Numbered from the stretch's first letter, positions 19,026-31,400 are shown. The stretch: 64,000 bases of DNA from Bacilli bacterium (GCA_045128835.1 JBGVRX010000017.1:28938-92937), one strand, 5' to 3'. Numbers and translations: made by a program. The notes: generated by a model not told the origin, from the sequence alone.

Positions 19026-19084
19026 CTATTTATCACCCTTTAAAAAAATTTTACTTAATTTACCGCTCTATTTCAATTTATTTA

Positions 19085-19128
19085 CACACTAATTTGTTTA
19101 TATTTAGTATAATATTCTTGGTGATTTA
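19085..19128 (+). promoter_or_regulatory. Putative yigZ promoter (−10 TATAAT at about 19108–19113) and RBS GGTGA
   Basis: …ttatatttagTATAATattcttGGTGAtttaATG in the divergent intergenic region between 19025 and 19129. Confidence 0.4.
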
Positions 19129-19707
19129 ATGAAGAAGCAAGTAAAAAAATTAATTACTAATGAAATAGTAATTACAAAGTCAAAATTTATAACATATTTA
19201 TTTCCAGTTTCTTCATTAGAAGAAGTAAAAATAAAACTTGAAGAATTTAAAGAAAAATATAAAGATGCTACTCATGTTTGTTACAGTTATATTCTAGATG
19301 TTAATACTTTTAAATACTATGATGATGGTGAGCCTAGTTGTACTGCTGGAGCCCCTATTTACCAAGTTTTAAACGGCAATGACTTAATATATACAATGTG
19401 CGTTGTTATACGTTATTTTGGTGGCACTAAATTAGGTGTAGGAGGACTAGTTAAAGCTTATAGTGGGAGTTGTATTGAAGCGTTAAATAAAGCTGAAATT
19501 ATAGACTATGAAATACTAGATACTTATGTCGTAACAACGTCTTATTCAAATCACGATAAATTAGATTATTTTTTGAAAACCAACAATATAGAAATAGTAG
19601 AAAAACAATTTGATGAAAATGTTTCTATTAAGATAAAAGTAAATGAAAAAAGCCTTGCTTTACTGCAAGACTCTTTCTCTTATAATATAAAGTTATTAAA
19701 GGTTTAA
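19129..19707 (+). CDS. yigZ: IMPACT/YigZ-family protein (UPF0029)
   Basis: N-terminal IMPACT fold motifs (…SKFITYLFPVSSLEE…DATHVCYSYIL…DDGEP…AG) and a C-terminal DUF1949-like part. It is the only plus-strand gene. Confidence 0.8.
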   Translation: MKKQVKKLITNEIVITKSKFITYLFPVSSLEEVKIKLEEFKEKYKDATHVCYSYILDVNTFKYYDDGEPSCTAGAPIYQVLNGNDLIYTMCVVIRYFGGTKLGVGGLVKAYSGSCIEALNKAEIIDYEILDTYVVTTSYSNHDKLDYFLKTNNIEIVEKQFDENVSIKIKVNEKSLALLQDSFSYNIKLLKV

Positions 19708-20469
19708 TCCAAATTCATTTTTAAAGAAACCTGTTATTAAGCCAACAACACTTGTTGCTGCATACGTAATTGCTACACCGATTATTAACCACTTTAACCC
19801 GTGGATTTTTTCGCGTCTAGTACTTGGTTCATCTGCACTCTTAACAATTTGAAATCCAAGTATTGTTCCTTTTATAATAAAGAACAAACTAGTGATTATA
19901 TAAATTATTGGCAACACAGCTTTGTTTACTACAACTTGAATTTTACTCATTGCACCACTTAATTCTTTGTCACCTACACCACCAAGATTCTTACCATTTA
20001 TATAATTTTCATTAGTATCTGCAATTTGAACAGAACCAACTGTAAATGATCCATACACACTTTCAGTTCCACTATAGGCACTGCTTGTACCAAAGAAAGC
20101 TTCTACTCTTACTCTATATTGAAAATCTGAATCTAATTTAAGGTTATATGTATGTTTTGCTAATCCTGCTTCTGTGTTTTTAAATGGTGCTAAAGCAGTA
20201 GCATCAACAATGTTTATAACAGAATAATTACCACCATCACATTGTTCTCCTTTAACACAATAATATACATCCGCTTTTCTTAATCCATATTTATACTCTA
20301 ACTCTATTTTTCCGTTACTATAAACCGTAACTTTACTAATCGTATCACCAAATATATCTTGGCTTGTTACTGTTGCATATACTTCAGCAGCAGATACTTT
20401 TGCCTCTACTAACATAAACGAGCAAAAAGCCATTAATATAGTTAGTATAATCCATCTAATCTTTTTCAT
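19696..20469 (-). CDS. Secreted protein with a C-terminal two-TM 'IVKSADEP…RREKI' module (paralog A)
   Basis: Signal peptide MKKIRWIILTILMAFCSFMLVEAKVSAAE. Ectodomain has an IELEYKYG motif and a Cys pair. C-terminus: TM(Pro-containing)–FQIVKSADEPSTRREKIHGLK–TM. Confidence 0.6.
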   Translation of the reverse strand: MKKIRWIILTILMAFCSFMLVEAKVSAAEVYATVTSQDIFGDTISKVTVYSNGKIELEYKYGLRKADVYYCVKGEQCDGGNYSVINIVDATALAPFKNTEAGLAKHTYNLKLDSDFQYRVRVEAFFGTSSAYSGTESVYGSFTVGSVQIADTNENYINGKNLGGVGDKELSGAMSKIQVVVNKAVLPIIYIITSLFFIIKGTILGFQIVKSADEPSTRREKIHGLKWLIIGVAITYAATSVVGLITGFFKNEFGLNL

Positions 20470-20471
20470 AC

Positions 20472-21557
20472 TTATTTCTCTTCGATTATTCCTTTTATAA
20501 AATTAACAGCAGGATTTGCAGCAAATAATAGCAATAATGCAATAGCTATACCAATTAAAATATTTCTAAGTCTAACAATCTTTTCTCTTCTTTCTTGAGG
20601 TTCATCTGCACTCTTAACAATCTTATATCCTAATACAGCAATTGAAACACCTGCAGCAATGAATAATATAGTAATTAGAACAGGTATTATTGTATCATAA
20701 ACCAAATCCTCTATTTCGCTAGCTCCACCCTCCATTTTAGAGTTGTCTATTTGAATATATAAAGTATTTTTTGGTGTTGCATCATTCTTATTTAATTCAA
20801 CGTAAGTGTTTTTTACTTGTCTTCTTAATTCATCTGTACATTGACTATCTTTAGTACAAGCTTCAGGAACTTCATTTTGATATACTAAATATCTTCTATC
20901 AGTATAAGTAACATCGTATTTTTTTGAACTTCCCAAAACAGTTTCAACAAAATATCTAACTCTAGCGTCTGAAGTAATGTCACTCTTTGATTGTCCTGAA
21001 CTTTGCTTACAATTTTGAGTATTATTGTCTACACTACAATATAAAGGATAATAAAGTCCTGTATTATCACTCGCTCCTGTTGTAGATTTCATAAAAGAAA
21101 ATATTAATTGAACTTGAGCAATTTTTCCAGCACCAAAATAATCGTACAAGTGAATTGTTTTGCTTTTAACACCGCTAGCATCTCTATTATAGTCTCCAGA
21201 CATATGGATAATCCTTACAGTTCCATTAAAATTACCGCACGAAACAGCATCTGTTAAATCTCCATTAGTTATTTGATTATGTGTTGAATCATAGTAAAGT
21301 GAGCACTCAGTTGCTACAACCATCAATTCACTAAATCCATACTTATACTCAATCGTGATTGCACCATAATGATTTGCTTTTATGCTTCCTATAACAACAC
21401 CTGCATTTTTCTCTTCATAAACAAGTGTCTTATTATTTTTGTCTCTAGGTGTAGTTCCATACGCAGAAACTTTTTGATTACCTTGAACTAAAAATATTCC
21501 ACTTATCATCGTTAATAACATAAAAAATACAAACATAAAACTTAATGATTTTTTCAT
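20472..21557 (-). CDS. Secreted protein with a C-terminal two-TM 'IVKSADEP…RREKI' module (paralog B)
   Basis: Signal peptide, an ectodomain with ITIEYKYG and multiple Cys, and a C-terminal TM–YKIVKSADEPQERREKIVRLR–TM. 2 nt upstream of paralog A. Confidence 0.6.
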   Translation of the reverse strand: MKKSLSFMFVFFMLLTMISGIFLVQGNQKVSAYGTTPRDKNNKTLVYEEKNAGVVIGSIKANHYGAITIEYKYGFSELMVVATECSLYYDSTHNQITNGDLTDAVSCGNFNGTVRIIHMSGDYNRDASGVKSKTIHLYDYFGAGKIAQVQLIFSFMKSTTGASDNTGLYYPLYCSVDNNTQNCKQSSGQSKSDITSDARVRYFVETVLGSSKKYDVTYTDRRYLVYQNEVPEACTKDSQCTDELRRQVKNTYVELNKNDATPKNTLYIQIDNSKMEGGASEIEDLVYDTIIPVLITILFIAAGVSIAVLGYKIVKSADEPQERREKIVRLRNILIGIAIALLLLFAANPAVNFIKGIIEEK

Positions 21558-21637
21558 ACTTACTACCTTCTTTCATTAAAATTATATCTATTATTGGGAA
21601 TTCTTGCAACAAATCCCATTTCAAATGAGTAAAACAA

Positions 21638-21669
21638 AAGAAAAAAACTCTATTAATAGAGTTCTTTTT
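21638..21669 (-). terminator. Terminator: perfect 18-nt palindrome AACTCTATTAATAGAGTT between an A7 and a T5 run, directly after the LytM-domain gene stop
   Basis: aaaaaaaACTCTATTAATAGAGTtcttttt at about 21641–21669. Confidence 0.6.
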
Positions 21670-22335
21670 CTAAACTATTTTTTTAATTTCTTGGCCATAC
21701 AATTTATTAGGATTTAGAAGAGTTTCATTTTTCATTAAAGCGAAATGTAAATGATTATTAACTTTCGCATCTATTGTGTTGGTTCCAGCTTTAGCTATCA
21801 CATCGCCTTGTTTAACATTATCGCCTACATTTACATTAATATCATTTAAGCTTCCATATATCGCGGTTATACCGTTATCGTTTTTTATATAAACCATATA
21901 ACCATATAATGGATCAACTTTTCTTTCTGTAACCACTCCACTGAATGCCGCTATTACATCAAATTTCGTATTGTTATAAGAGTATTCCATTGCAGTAGAT
22001 GGTGTATACTTGCCTTTATACTCTAAAATAGATTTTTCTTGAATTGCTAAATCATCTTTTGCATCAAAGAAATATCGTTCCACTTTAGCATTAACACTAA
22101 AAGGTTTAATTAATTTTTCCTCTACTGTTACTGGATTTGATGGTTCTGGATTTTCATCTTCCTCTCCTCCATTTGTAGAATTATCTACTGAAGGATTTAC
22201 AACAACCATATCCCCATCATTTGAATTAGAGAAAAACATAATTCCTCCAAACAAAAATACTGCTAAAATCGATAAAACAACAGCCGCTTTAAATTCCTTA
22301 GTTAATGAAACTTTTTTCAATTTTTCCTTTGCCAT
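21670..22335 (-). CDS. Membrane-anchored LytM/M23-domain protein with a degenerate active site (SpoIIQ-like?)
   Basis: N-terminal TM, then an LytM domain that keeps Asp (KFDV) and HLHF. The HxxxD His and the catalytic H(L) are replaced (…YIKNDNGITAIYGSL…). RBS GAGGTGA. Confidence 0.75.
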   Translation of the reverse strand: MAKEKLKKVSLTKEFKAAVVLSILAVFLFGGIMFFSNSNDGDMVVVNPSVDNSTNGGEEDENPEPSNPVTVEEKLIKPFSVNAKVERYFFDAKDDLAIQEKSILEYKGKYTPSTAMEYSYNNTKFDVIAAFSGVVTERKVDPLYGYMVYIKNDNGITAIYGSLNDINVNVGDNVKQGDVIAKAGTNTIDAKVNNHLHFALMKNETLLNPNKLYGQEIKKIV

Positions 22336-22406
22336 TTTTGTTCACCTCAATAAGATTTTTCCCAACTTATTGAAGTTTATTCTTTTTGTTTTTTAAATTA
22401 ATATTT

Positions 22407-22850
22407 TTATTTTTTTAATTCGTATTCATCTATTATATCTAATCTTTCTTGATATCTACCCTCTAAAAATTTTGTTTCAATAAAAACTTGTAACATTTCA
22501 TAAGCTTCTTCCACATTAGTTTCTTCTGCCGCTAATGCTAAAACATTTATATTTACGTGCTCTCTTGCTCTTTTTACATGACTTGTATCTTTAGCGCAAA
22601 TACATCTTATACCTTTAACTTTATTCGCAGAGATACATACTCCATCACCACTACCACAAATTACGACCCCTAAGTCACATTGTTTATTTTTTACTGCTTC
22701 TCCAACTTTAAAAGCAAAAACAGGATAGTCACATCTCTCTTCACTAAAGCATCCATAATCTTCAAAAGAAAGACTATTCTCCACCATCTTTTCTACTAAT
22801 TTTGTTTTTAATCCATATCCTCTATGATCACTACATATTGCTATTTTCAT
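22407..22850 (-). CDS. rpiB: Ribose-5-phosphate isomerase B (RpiB/LacAB family)
   Basis: MKIAICSDHRGYGLK… plus the CGSGDGVCISANK motif. Start moved to MKIAICSD (RBS GGAGGA, 7-nt spacer). Confidence 0.85.
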   Translation of the reverse strand: MKIAICSDHRGYGLKTKLVEKMVENSLSFEDYGCFSEERCDYPVFAFKVGEAVKNKQCDLGVVICGSGDGVCISANKVKGIRCICAKDTSHVKRAREHVNINVLALAAEETNVEEAYEMLQVFIETKFLEGRYQERLDIIDEYELKK

Positions 22851-22975
22851 ATTCATTCCTCCAAACACTTTTAATGTTACACAAATATTTTTATTTATTC
22901 AATATTTTAAACTTTCAAATACATTGATTTAAATTCAATAAAACACAAAAAATAAAAGGCATAGTTTCCTATACC

Positions 22976-23377
22976 TTATTTATTAAAAAAATATTTTGAA
23001 AAATAAAATTTTACTCTTACTCCTGATGTATCGCACATATTTTTCTTTAGTTCTCCTTGCAGTGAATTACCTTTTGCTTCACCAATATAAACAACAATAG
23101 CCCCATCTTCATATTTTGCTAAACTACCATCCTTAGCAAATTTACTTATATTATTTATTACAGCATCTTGATGTAAACTAGGATCTAAATATTCAATAAT
23201 TTCATTATATTTATCAATTAAATATTCTTTATATGTATACCCATCTAAAATATCACTCATTGAATTGCTATTTAAAACAACTCTATACTCATAATTAAAT
23301 TCTTTTTGACTATTTACTTTTCCTCCAATTATTAACCCACTTGACAATACTATTGTTGTTACTATTTTTCTTATCAC
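22976..23377 (-). CDS. Small secreted protein of unknown function (GTG start)
   Basis: Signal-peptide-like N-terminus (IVTTIVLSSGLIIGG). GTG start with GGGTGA RBS 6 nt upstream. 133 aa, no recognizable domain. Confidence 0.45.
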   Translation of the reverse strand: MIRKIVTTIVLSSGLIIGGKVNSQKEFNYEYRVVLNSNSMSDILDGYTYKEYLIDKYNEIIEYLDPSLHQDAVINNISKFAKDGSLAKYEDGAIVVYIGEAKGNSLQGELKKNMCDTSGVRVKFYFSKYFFNK

Positions 23378-23423
23378 TATTATTCACCCAATTAAAGTAT
23401 CGTCATTTAAGATGTTTTCATAC

Positions 23424-23448
23424 AAAAAAAGAATAACTTTCGTTATCC
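23424..23448 (-). terminator. typA terminator: GGAUAAC-GAAA-GUUAUUC hairpin (GNRA loop, one G·U pair) plus U7
   Basis: Immediately after the typA stop (23449), followed by ttttttt on the transcript. Confidence 0.55.
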
Positions 23449-25260
23449 TTATTTTTTAGAATCTTCTTTTTTTCTTTCTGTTGTATTTAAGATCTTCTTA
23501 CGCATTCTATAACTAATAGGTGTTATTTCTACTAGTTCATCTTCGTTGATATAATCTAAACAATACTCTAATGACATTGATCTAGGTCTTTTTAAAACTA
23601 CTGTTGTATCTTTAGCAGCACTTCTCATGTTAGTTAAGTTCTTTGCTTTTGCAACGTTAACTGCCAAATCATTATCATGGTTATGTTCTCCAACTATCAT
23701 ACCTTCATATACATCTACACCTGGTTCAATAAACATAATTCCTCTATCTTCTAATTGACCAATACCATAAGCTGTAGATTTACCTGCACCTATTGAAACA
23801 AGAACCCCACTCTTTCTTTCACCAATATTTACGTTTTCTCTAGGACGATATTCTTTAAATGTATGATTGATAATTCCATAACCTTTAGTTAATGTCATGA
23901 AGTCTGTACTAAATCCAATTAATCCTCTTGAAGGGATTACATAGTTAACTCTTGTTTGACCGTTGTTGCTAAGCATGTTTTCCATGATAGCGCCTCTTGT
24001 ACCTAAAGATTCAATTACTCCTCCGATTGAATCATCTGGACATTCGATTTGCAAATCTTCAAATGGCTCACAAATAACACCATCGATTTCTTTTAAAATT
24101 ACTTGAGGTTTAGAAACTTGAAGTTCGAAATTTTCTCTTCTCATATTTTCAATTAAAATTGATAAATGAAGTTCTCCTCTTCCTGAAACTCTCCAAGATT
24201 CTTTATTTTCAATTCTTTGAACTCTTAAACTTACATCTCTTTGCGTTTCTTTTGTTAATCTTTCTTCAATCTTTCTTGCAGTTACATTTTTACCTTCCAA
24301 TCCTGCGAAAGGTGAATCATTAGTAGAGAAATTCATTTCTAGAGTTGGTTCATCAATTCTTAATAAAGGTAATGGATCAATATCATTAATATTACATAAT
24401 GTTTCTCCAACACTAATATCAGCTAAACCAGCTACAGCACAAATATCTCCTGCACTTGCTTCTTCAATTTCAATTCTTTTAAGGCCCATATAACCAAATA
24501 ATTTTTGAACTCTAAATTGTTTTACAGAACCATCTAGTCTAACGCAAGAAACAGTTTCGTTAACTCTAATTTTTCCTCTAGTTACTCTACCAACACCGAT
24601 TCTACCAACATAATCATTATAGTCTAATAATGCAGGTTGGAATTGTAAACTTGATTCGCTATCCATACTTGGAGAAGGAACATATTTAATGATTGTTTCA
24701 AAAATAGGATCCATAGTCTCTCTTTGAGTCTCTAACTCTTCATTATAACTAGATGTACCTTTTAATCCAGAAGCAAATAGAATTGGGAAATCTATTTGTT
24801 CATCATCTGCTCCTAAATCAATAAATAATTCATAAACTTCATTAATAACTTCTTTAATTCTTGTATGAGGTCTATCAACTTTATTAATAACAACAATTGG
24901 TTTAACTTTAGCTTCTAATGCTTTTCTTAAAACGAATCTAGTTTGAGGCATTGTTCCTTCATATGCATCTACAACAAGTAAAACACCATCAACCATTTTC
25001 ATGATTCTTTCTACTTCTCCACCAAAGTCAGCGTGTCCTGGTGTATCCATAATGTTGATTTTGTAATCTTTATATTTAATTGCTGTGTTCTTCGCTAAGA
25101 TTGTAATTCCTCTTTCTTTTTCTATATCATTAGAGTCCATTACTCTTTCAGCAACTTGTTCATTATCTCTAAATGTTCCTGATTGTTTTAATAATTGATC
25201 CACTAGTGTTGTTTTACCATGGTCAACGTGCGCAATAATTGCAATATTTCTTATATCCAT
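23449..25260 (-). CDS. typA: Translational GTPase TypA/BipA
   Basis: [22 protein letters not shown]-motifs and EF-G-like domains. 603 aa. RBS GAGGGTGGA. Confidence 0.95.
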   Translation of the reverse strand: MDIRNIAIIAHVDHGKTTLVDQLLKQSGTFRDNEQVAERVMDSNDIEKERGITILAKNTAIKYKDYKINIMDTPGHADFGGEVERIMKMVDGVLLVVDAYEGTMPQTRFVLRKALEAKVKPIVVINKVDRPHTRIKEVINEVYELFIDLGADDEQIDFPILFASGLKGTSSYNEELETQRETMDPIFETIIKYVPSPSMDSESSLQFQPALLDYNDYVGRIGVGRVTRGKIRVNETVSCVRLDGSVKQFRVQKLFGYMGLKRIEIEEASAGDICAVAGLADISVGETLCNINDIDPLPLLRIDEPTLEMNFSTNDSPFAGLEGKNVTARKIEERLTKETQRDVSLRVQRIENKESWRVSGRGELHLSILIENMRRENFELQVSKPQVILKEIDGVICEPFEDLQIECPDDSIGGVIESLGTRGAIMENMLSNNGQTRVNYVIPSRGLIGFSTDFMTLTKGYGIINHTFKEYRPRENVNIGERKSGVLVSIGAGKSTAYGIGQLEDRGIMFIEPGVDVYEGMIVGEHNHDNDLAVNVAKAKNLTNMRSAAKDTTVVLKRPRSMSLEYCLDYINEDELVEITPISYRMRKKILNTTERKKEDSKK

Positions 25261-25370
25261 AAATCCACCCTCTTATTCAACCTACCTATTATACAACTAT
25301 TTATTTTCAAATTACAATTTATTTTTTATATTTTTAAAATTAATCAAAATAATAAAAAAACTAAATTTTA

Positions 25371-25400
25371 AGAAAAAGGGATAATATTATATATTATCCC
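25371..25400 (-). terminator. Strong terminator after giant gene 1: perfect 10-bp stem GGGATAATAT-TAT-ATATTATCCC followed by U-rich run
   Basis: At about 25378–25400, 2 nt after the stop at 25403. The transcript continues UUUUUCUU. Confidence 0.6.
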
Positions 25401-25402
25401 CC

Positions 25403-28400
25403 TTACATGTCTTCATAGATGATTTCCTCTTCTTCCTCTTCTTCCTCTTCTTTCTTTCTACGTTTCAAGAATATTACAAAGAAGAACGCTACTAGAGCAA
25501 AGATTAGGAAGGCTATTGCAGCGTAGCCTAATCCGCCATCTTCACTTTCATCTCCATCTACTGTTTGACTTCCGAATTTATTTAATTCTTCAGCTTCTAC
25601 AACGAAACCAACAAACATATAAGTATCATCAGTTCCAGCAACTTTAATTTCTACGATTCCTCCAGAAATCAAAGTTTGATATTCACTTTCTGAGAATAAT
25701 TTACCACTAACATATTGGAATCCTCCATCAATAAGTGGCATAGCAATTAAGATACCATTATTTCTAGAATATGATGTTCCAGAAATACTAACTTTATCAA
25801 TTGCATTGTGTTGAGAAATTATATTAACAAGTTTTTCATTAATTATTACGCTACGAGTTTTATTGATTACAAATTGCAAGTTAACAGTATTGCCAGCTAA
25901 ATCTCTTATAACAACTTGATAATATCCATCATTAGTAAATGTGTATAATGTTGGAATGTTGTATTTTGAGTTAACTGCTATTGTTGCATTTTCTTCTGTA
26001 ATCAAATTAACATCAGTATTGGTAATACCTTTGTTTATAACCCCTGTCAAACTGAAGTTAGGTGCCGTTCTATCAACAACAAACATTACTACAGAAGATA
26101 CGTTATCAGCCATATCTACAGCATATACACGATACGTTCCTTCATGTGAGAATGATAATACTTGTTCATCTGTTCTTACCCATTCTCCGTTTTGATATCT
26201 ATACTCATAATATTTAATTTTTTCATTACTATATACTTCTACAACTTCTCTGTTTGTATATTCACCATTTCTAACACCTAAAATTTGAGGTGGCGTGCTG
26301 TCTATTGCAAACCATATTCTTGTTTCATTTCCAGCATCGTCTCTTACTAATAAATTATATTCACCTTCAGCTTCAACGAAGTGAGGGCTTGATATTTCTT
26401 CTCCATTCAACCAACCAATTAATTTTTCATCTGTTCCTAAAGTTGGGATGAAATAAATACTAACTGGTTCTTTATAATATTTGCCATCTTCAACACCTAG
26501 TACGATAGGTGGTATAGTATCTACAACATAAACAATTCTCGTTGCTTCACCAACGTTTCCAGAACTATCGATAGCTTTATAAATTACTTCATAAACACCT
26601 AGCGCCATACCTGATGGTGCATTTATTATTGTGACATGTGGCATTGGTCCATCGTAATTATCGATTGCAGTTGCCCCATATTCCACATATTCCAAACCTC
26701 TTTCAATAGTAATAGGATTTTCACCAATTAGCGTTACAACCGGTGGTGTTGTATCTTTTACATATACCCGCCTGATAACAGGTTCAGCCTTATTTCCATT
26801 ACTATCTGTCGCATTATATGTAACAATATATTCACCTAACTTATTAACATTAATATTATGATTAACAACAAGGTTTACTGTTATACCATGATATTCATCA
26901 TATCTATCATATACAATAGCGCCAAATTCTTCGTACATTGTAAATACTTCAACGATTTGGCTAGTATCATCTTCACAAGGCAAATCATTTGCACATTTAA
27001 GCGTAATTGTAGGTGCAGTAGTATCTACAACCTCAACATAGCGATTAAGCGTTACCGCAGCATTTCCTGCCATATCGCTTACATCATAACGAATTGTATA
27101 TAAACCTATTCTAGTATTATCAACTGTTCCTGTAACAACAACACGTTTTTGAAGTTCATCTAAATCTTCCATATAGTCATCTTCTACCCAAATACCATAT
27201 CCAGGAGCATCACATCTTAAATCATATTCTTCATATAATGCTTCTATTGTTATGTATTGAGGACATTTTGCATAGAAATGAATAATCGGATTTTGAACAT
27301 CTACAACAATAATTTCTCTTGTTACAGTTTGAGCGATATTGCCATGAGCATCTACTGCATCATAATATAAATAATATGTTCCTAACTCATTACCTATTTG
27401 CCCAGTTATAGTTACTGGAACATAACTATCATAGTTATCTTTAGCAACTGCTCCTGGTTCTTCATAATTAAGCTCTGGATATGAATAACGAATAATATAT
27501 GGATTTGTTCCATTAAGAACAATTACTGGAGGAGTACTATCTCTTACAATAACTATTCTAACTTTACCAGCACCAATATTACCAGCTGTATCTTGATAAT
27601 CGTAATGAACATAATATGTTCCTAATCTACTTGTATCAATTCTATTTACTAACTCTTCTCCAAAATAGAAACTTGAACCAGGCATTATAAATGTTCCATC
27701 AACATTATCTTCAACCAAAGCACCTTCATCTTTAAATTCACTATATACTTCTACATATGTTACTTCATCACCAATTAGAGTAATAACTGGTGACACGTTA
27801 TCAATAATTTCTACATATCTTACTGTACTACCTCTGTTACCAGATTCATCGTAAGCAACGTAAGTTACTTCATAAGTACCAATTTTATCAATAATAATTG
27901 GGTTGTTTATAAGAACTTCTAGTGGACCATCATAGTTATCAACCGCAGTTGCGCCATATTCTACATATGCTTGTCCATATAATAATTTTATTTCTCTATT
28001 TCCGATTAGATTAACTACAGGGGGAGTTGTATCTCTTACAACAACTTGTCTATATACACTAATCGCATTATTTCCGTGACTATCTTTAGCATCATACTTT
28101 ATATAATATGTTCCTTTTACTTCTTCATTTACATATCCCGTGATAACTAAAGAATCAGTTATATCTCCATCAATATCATCAATTACAGTAGCACCTTGTT
28201 CGATATAATCCACACCTGTTTTTGCTTCAATGTAAACAACAGGATTTCCATTTAATGTAATTACTGGAGGATTATTGTTACGAACATAGAAGAACAATGG
28301 ATCACTTGTTTTACCACCAATCTTAGCTTGAATTTTATATTCGCCTTTTCCTAAATTAGGAGTATAGTCGAAATAAATATTCGTAACTTTATTAGCCTTG

Positions 28401-31400
28401 ATAGTTGTTCCATTTATTATCCATTGAACAGTTGCATCACTACTTGCATTTTCAGGAACGATAACCATATAAGTTATTCTTTCCTCTTTACCTAAAATTT
28501 GTTCAGTTGAACCATTTACCCATCTTATATAAACAGTACCAACAGTATCTATTTCTACAAATACTTCGTAGTATGCTGTTTTACCGCCATAAGAAGCACT
28601 TACAACATATGTTCCTATACTTCCACTTGGGAAGAAAGAAATGATATTGTTGATTGGATCTTTTGTGAATTCCCATTCTAATTCTTCGTTTTTGATAATT
28701 GTCCATACAACATCGCCAATGTTAGTTTCATCAGCACCTTCATTAAACCTTACATATAATCTAACTTCTTCTTCTTCACCTTTTACTTGATATTGGTTAC
28801 TTGTTAAAGAATAAATAGTTAAACCTGTAAATTCAGCATATCTTATAGTAAATACTCCTGGAGTATAAATAATTTGGTAGTTACTGTTAATAGATAAACT
28901 ACCTTGCATAATTTCATACTCTCCAACTTCCTCTCCGGCATCCCTAACCAAAGAACCGTAGAATCTATCATTACCAATAAGAGTTCCTATATAGTTATAT
29001 GTTAATTGAGGATCTGCTGTACCGTATAACTTACCATTATTTTCAGCTTTTACCTCTATAATTCTAGCCATTACTGTGAAATAAGCTTCATTTAATACCA
29101 TATCAAAGTTTGGCCCAAAACTTAAAGTTCCTAGCAAGATTCTATATTTACCTACATCTTCTCCTGGCTCTCTATCAAGTTCTCCAGTATAAGTTGCTCC
29201 AGCAAAATCTATGGTAAACTTGAAGTAATCAGGATCATCTTCACCATATACTTTATATAATGTTGATTCACTAGGTGTAATTGTTACAACTCTTTTGTTT
29301 ACGATTAATAAACCAGGCAAGAAACTGTAGTTGTAGTTTCTTATGTTTGTAACAGTTATATTATCACCTAAAATTCTATAAGTTCCATAACCTGCATATT
29401 CTCTATCTAAATTCAATTCACCTTCGATTGAATCCACAACACCAATGTCAGGATTATTTGCAACTCCATCACCGCTTATTGTATAAGCTAATTCAAATGG
29501 ATCTCCGTAATAAATTTCAATATCACTTGCTTTTAAAACCAAAGATCTTGGGTTAATAGTAAATGTTCTACTACCATCTAAAACAAGTTCATAGTTAGGT
29601 TTACCACTTGGAGTGTTAACACTTAAGGTTCCAAGACTAATTAAGTATTCTCCAACATCTTCAGTAACCATAACACCATTTACATCTCTTGGAGTTCTCT
29701 TTAAAGTTCCAACAAACTCATCGCCTTCATCTAATAAAGCTGGAGTATATGTAAATGTAATACCTATATCTGATTCGCCATATTTTTTGAATTGTCCATC
29801 ATCTGGAGTTATTTTAATTGTTCTAGGCACAATTGTTAATGTACCATTCTCGAATGAATAATTGTAATATTTGTGAGTAACATCTTCACCTGTATATCTT
29901 CTAACGATTTTTATGTCCTCACAACTAATTGTGTAAGTTCCAACACCATCAACTGTTCCTAGTATTTTCAAACTACCATCTAAAATATCATATATTGGAC
30001 TTCCATCGATTTCTAAAGTCAAGTTATATGCTAGTTTACTTCCACTTGTATCATAAACTATATCTTTTTGATATTCATTACCATATATTGCACTAACGTC
30101 TCTTGCTTTAACAAGAATTGTTCTTTTTTCTATACGGAATGGATGATAATTTCTAAACTCAGTAATTAGATAGTTAGCCACTCTTTCTCCATCTTCATTT
30201 TTACCATGAAGTATAAGTTCAAATGTACCCCAGTTTATTGCATAATCACCAGGTTCTTCACCTGCGTCTCTTCCAAGCCATCCTTTGTAATCATATTCAA
30301 GCATTTCTTCTATAACGCCATTATAGTAAACAATAAACTCTAATTTAGGGTCATCATTACCATATTGTTTTCCTTGTCCAGATTTAACTTCAATTGAAAC
30401 TTCTCTTTGAACAATCTTCAAGACTCCACCACTTGTAGAAATAGTATAGTTGTTAGTTACATCAAGTTTTTCATCTTCTACATCAGCATAAACTCTAATT
30501 GAACCAACACCAATTTGATAAACACCAACATTACGATATTCACCTGCATCTGGAGTTCCTTCTAAATAGTCAGCATATTGTAGATCATCAACCCAAACCC
30601 CATCAATGATATCTCCACCAACTGTAAATTCTATTTCATCTTGTAACACTTCTTTATAAATGATTGTTTGGTTTTCAATTGAAACTCTTAATAGTCTTTT
30701 TACTATTTCAAATTTATATTCTTGGAATAAATAAACATCATAGTTTTCGCAACCTTCTAGTTTTTCTATAGTTATAGGATAGTACCCAACATAAATTCCC
30801 TCGGCTCTAATTAAATGATATTTCATTCTATCATTATCTCTAGGAATATATGGTTCTTCACCTTCAACGCTACTTGGAGTAATCTCAATAACAAATCTTC
30901 CATTTGCCTCTAAAATTACATATTCATCATATCCAGTTAAATCGTAATCAGTGAAGACTTTATCTTCATCACCATAAACTTTACTTAAGTCTTTAATTAT
31001 CTTTATCCAGATTTCTTTTCTTATAACTTCTAATTCACCCGGATTAAATGTTACGTTGTAGTTGTATTCTGCATCCATATTATCTTTATCTAAAATTCTC
31101 AAAGATCCTTTATTAATAACATATACACCTATTCCATTTACATATTCTGTTATTAAATCTCCGCCTTGAGTATATAAAGATGCTCCTTCTGGAGAAAATT
31201 TATCAGCAATTCCCAAGTTTGCGTTATTTACCAAACCAGTCGCAGTACCAACACTACTATCATAAACTTCTAAATAAGGTATATTATCCTCATAGTATAT
31301 AGTGTATTTCCCTGTTGGATTTCCATTTTCATCCAAATCACCTTTTACACTAATTGAAATATCTCTTCTTAAAATAGTCAAGTATGCATCAAAGAATTCT

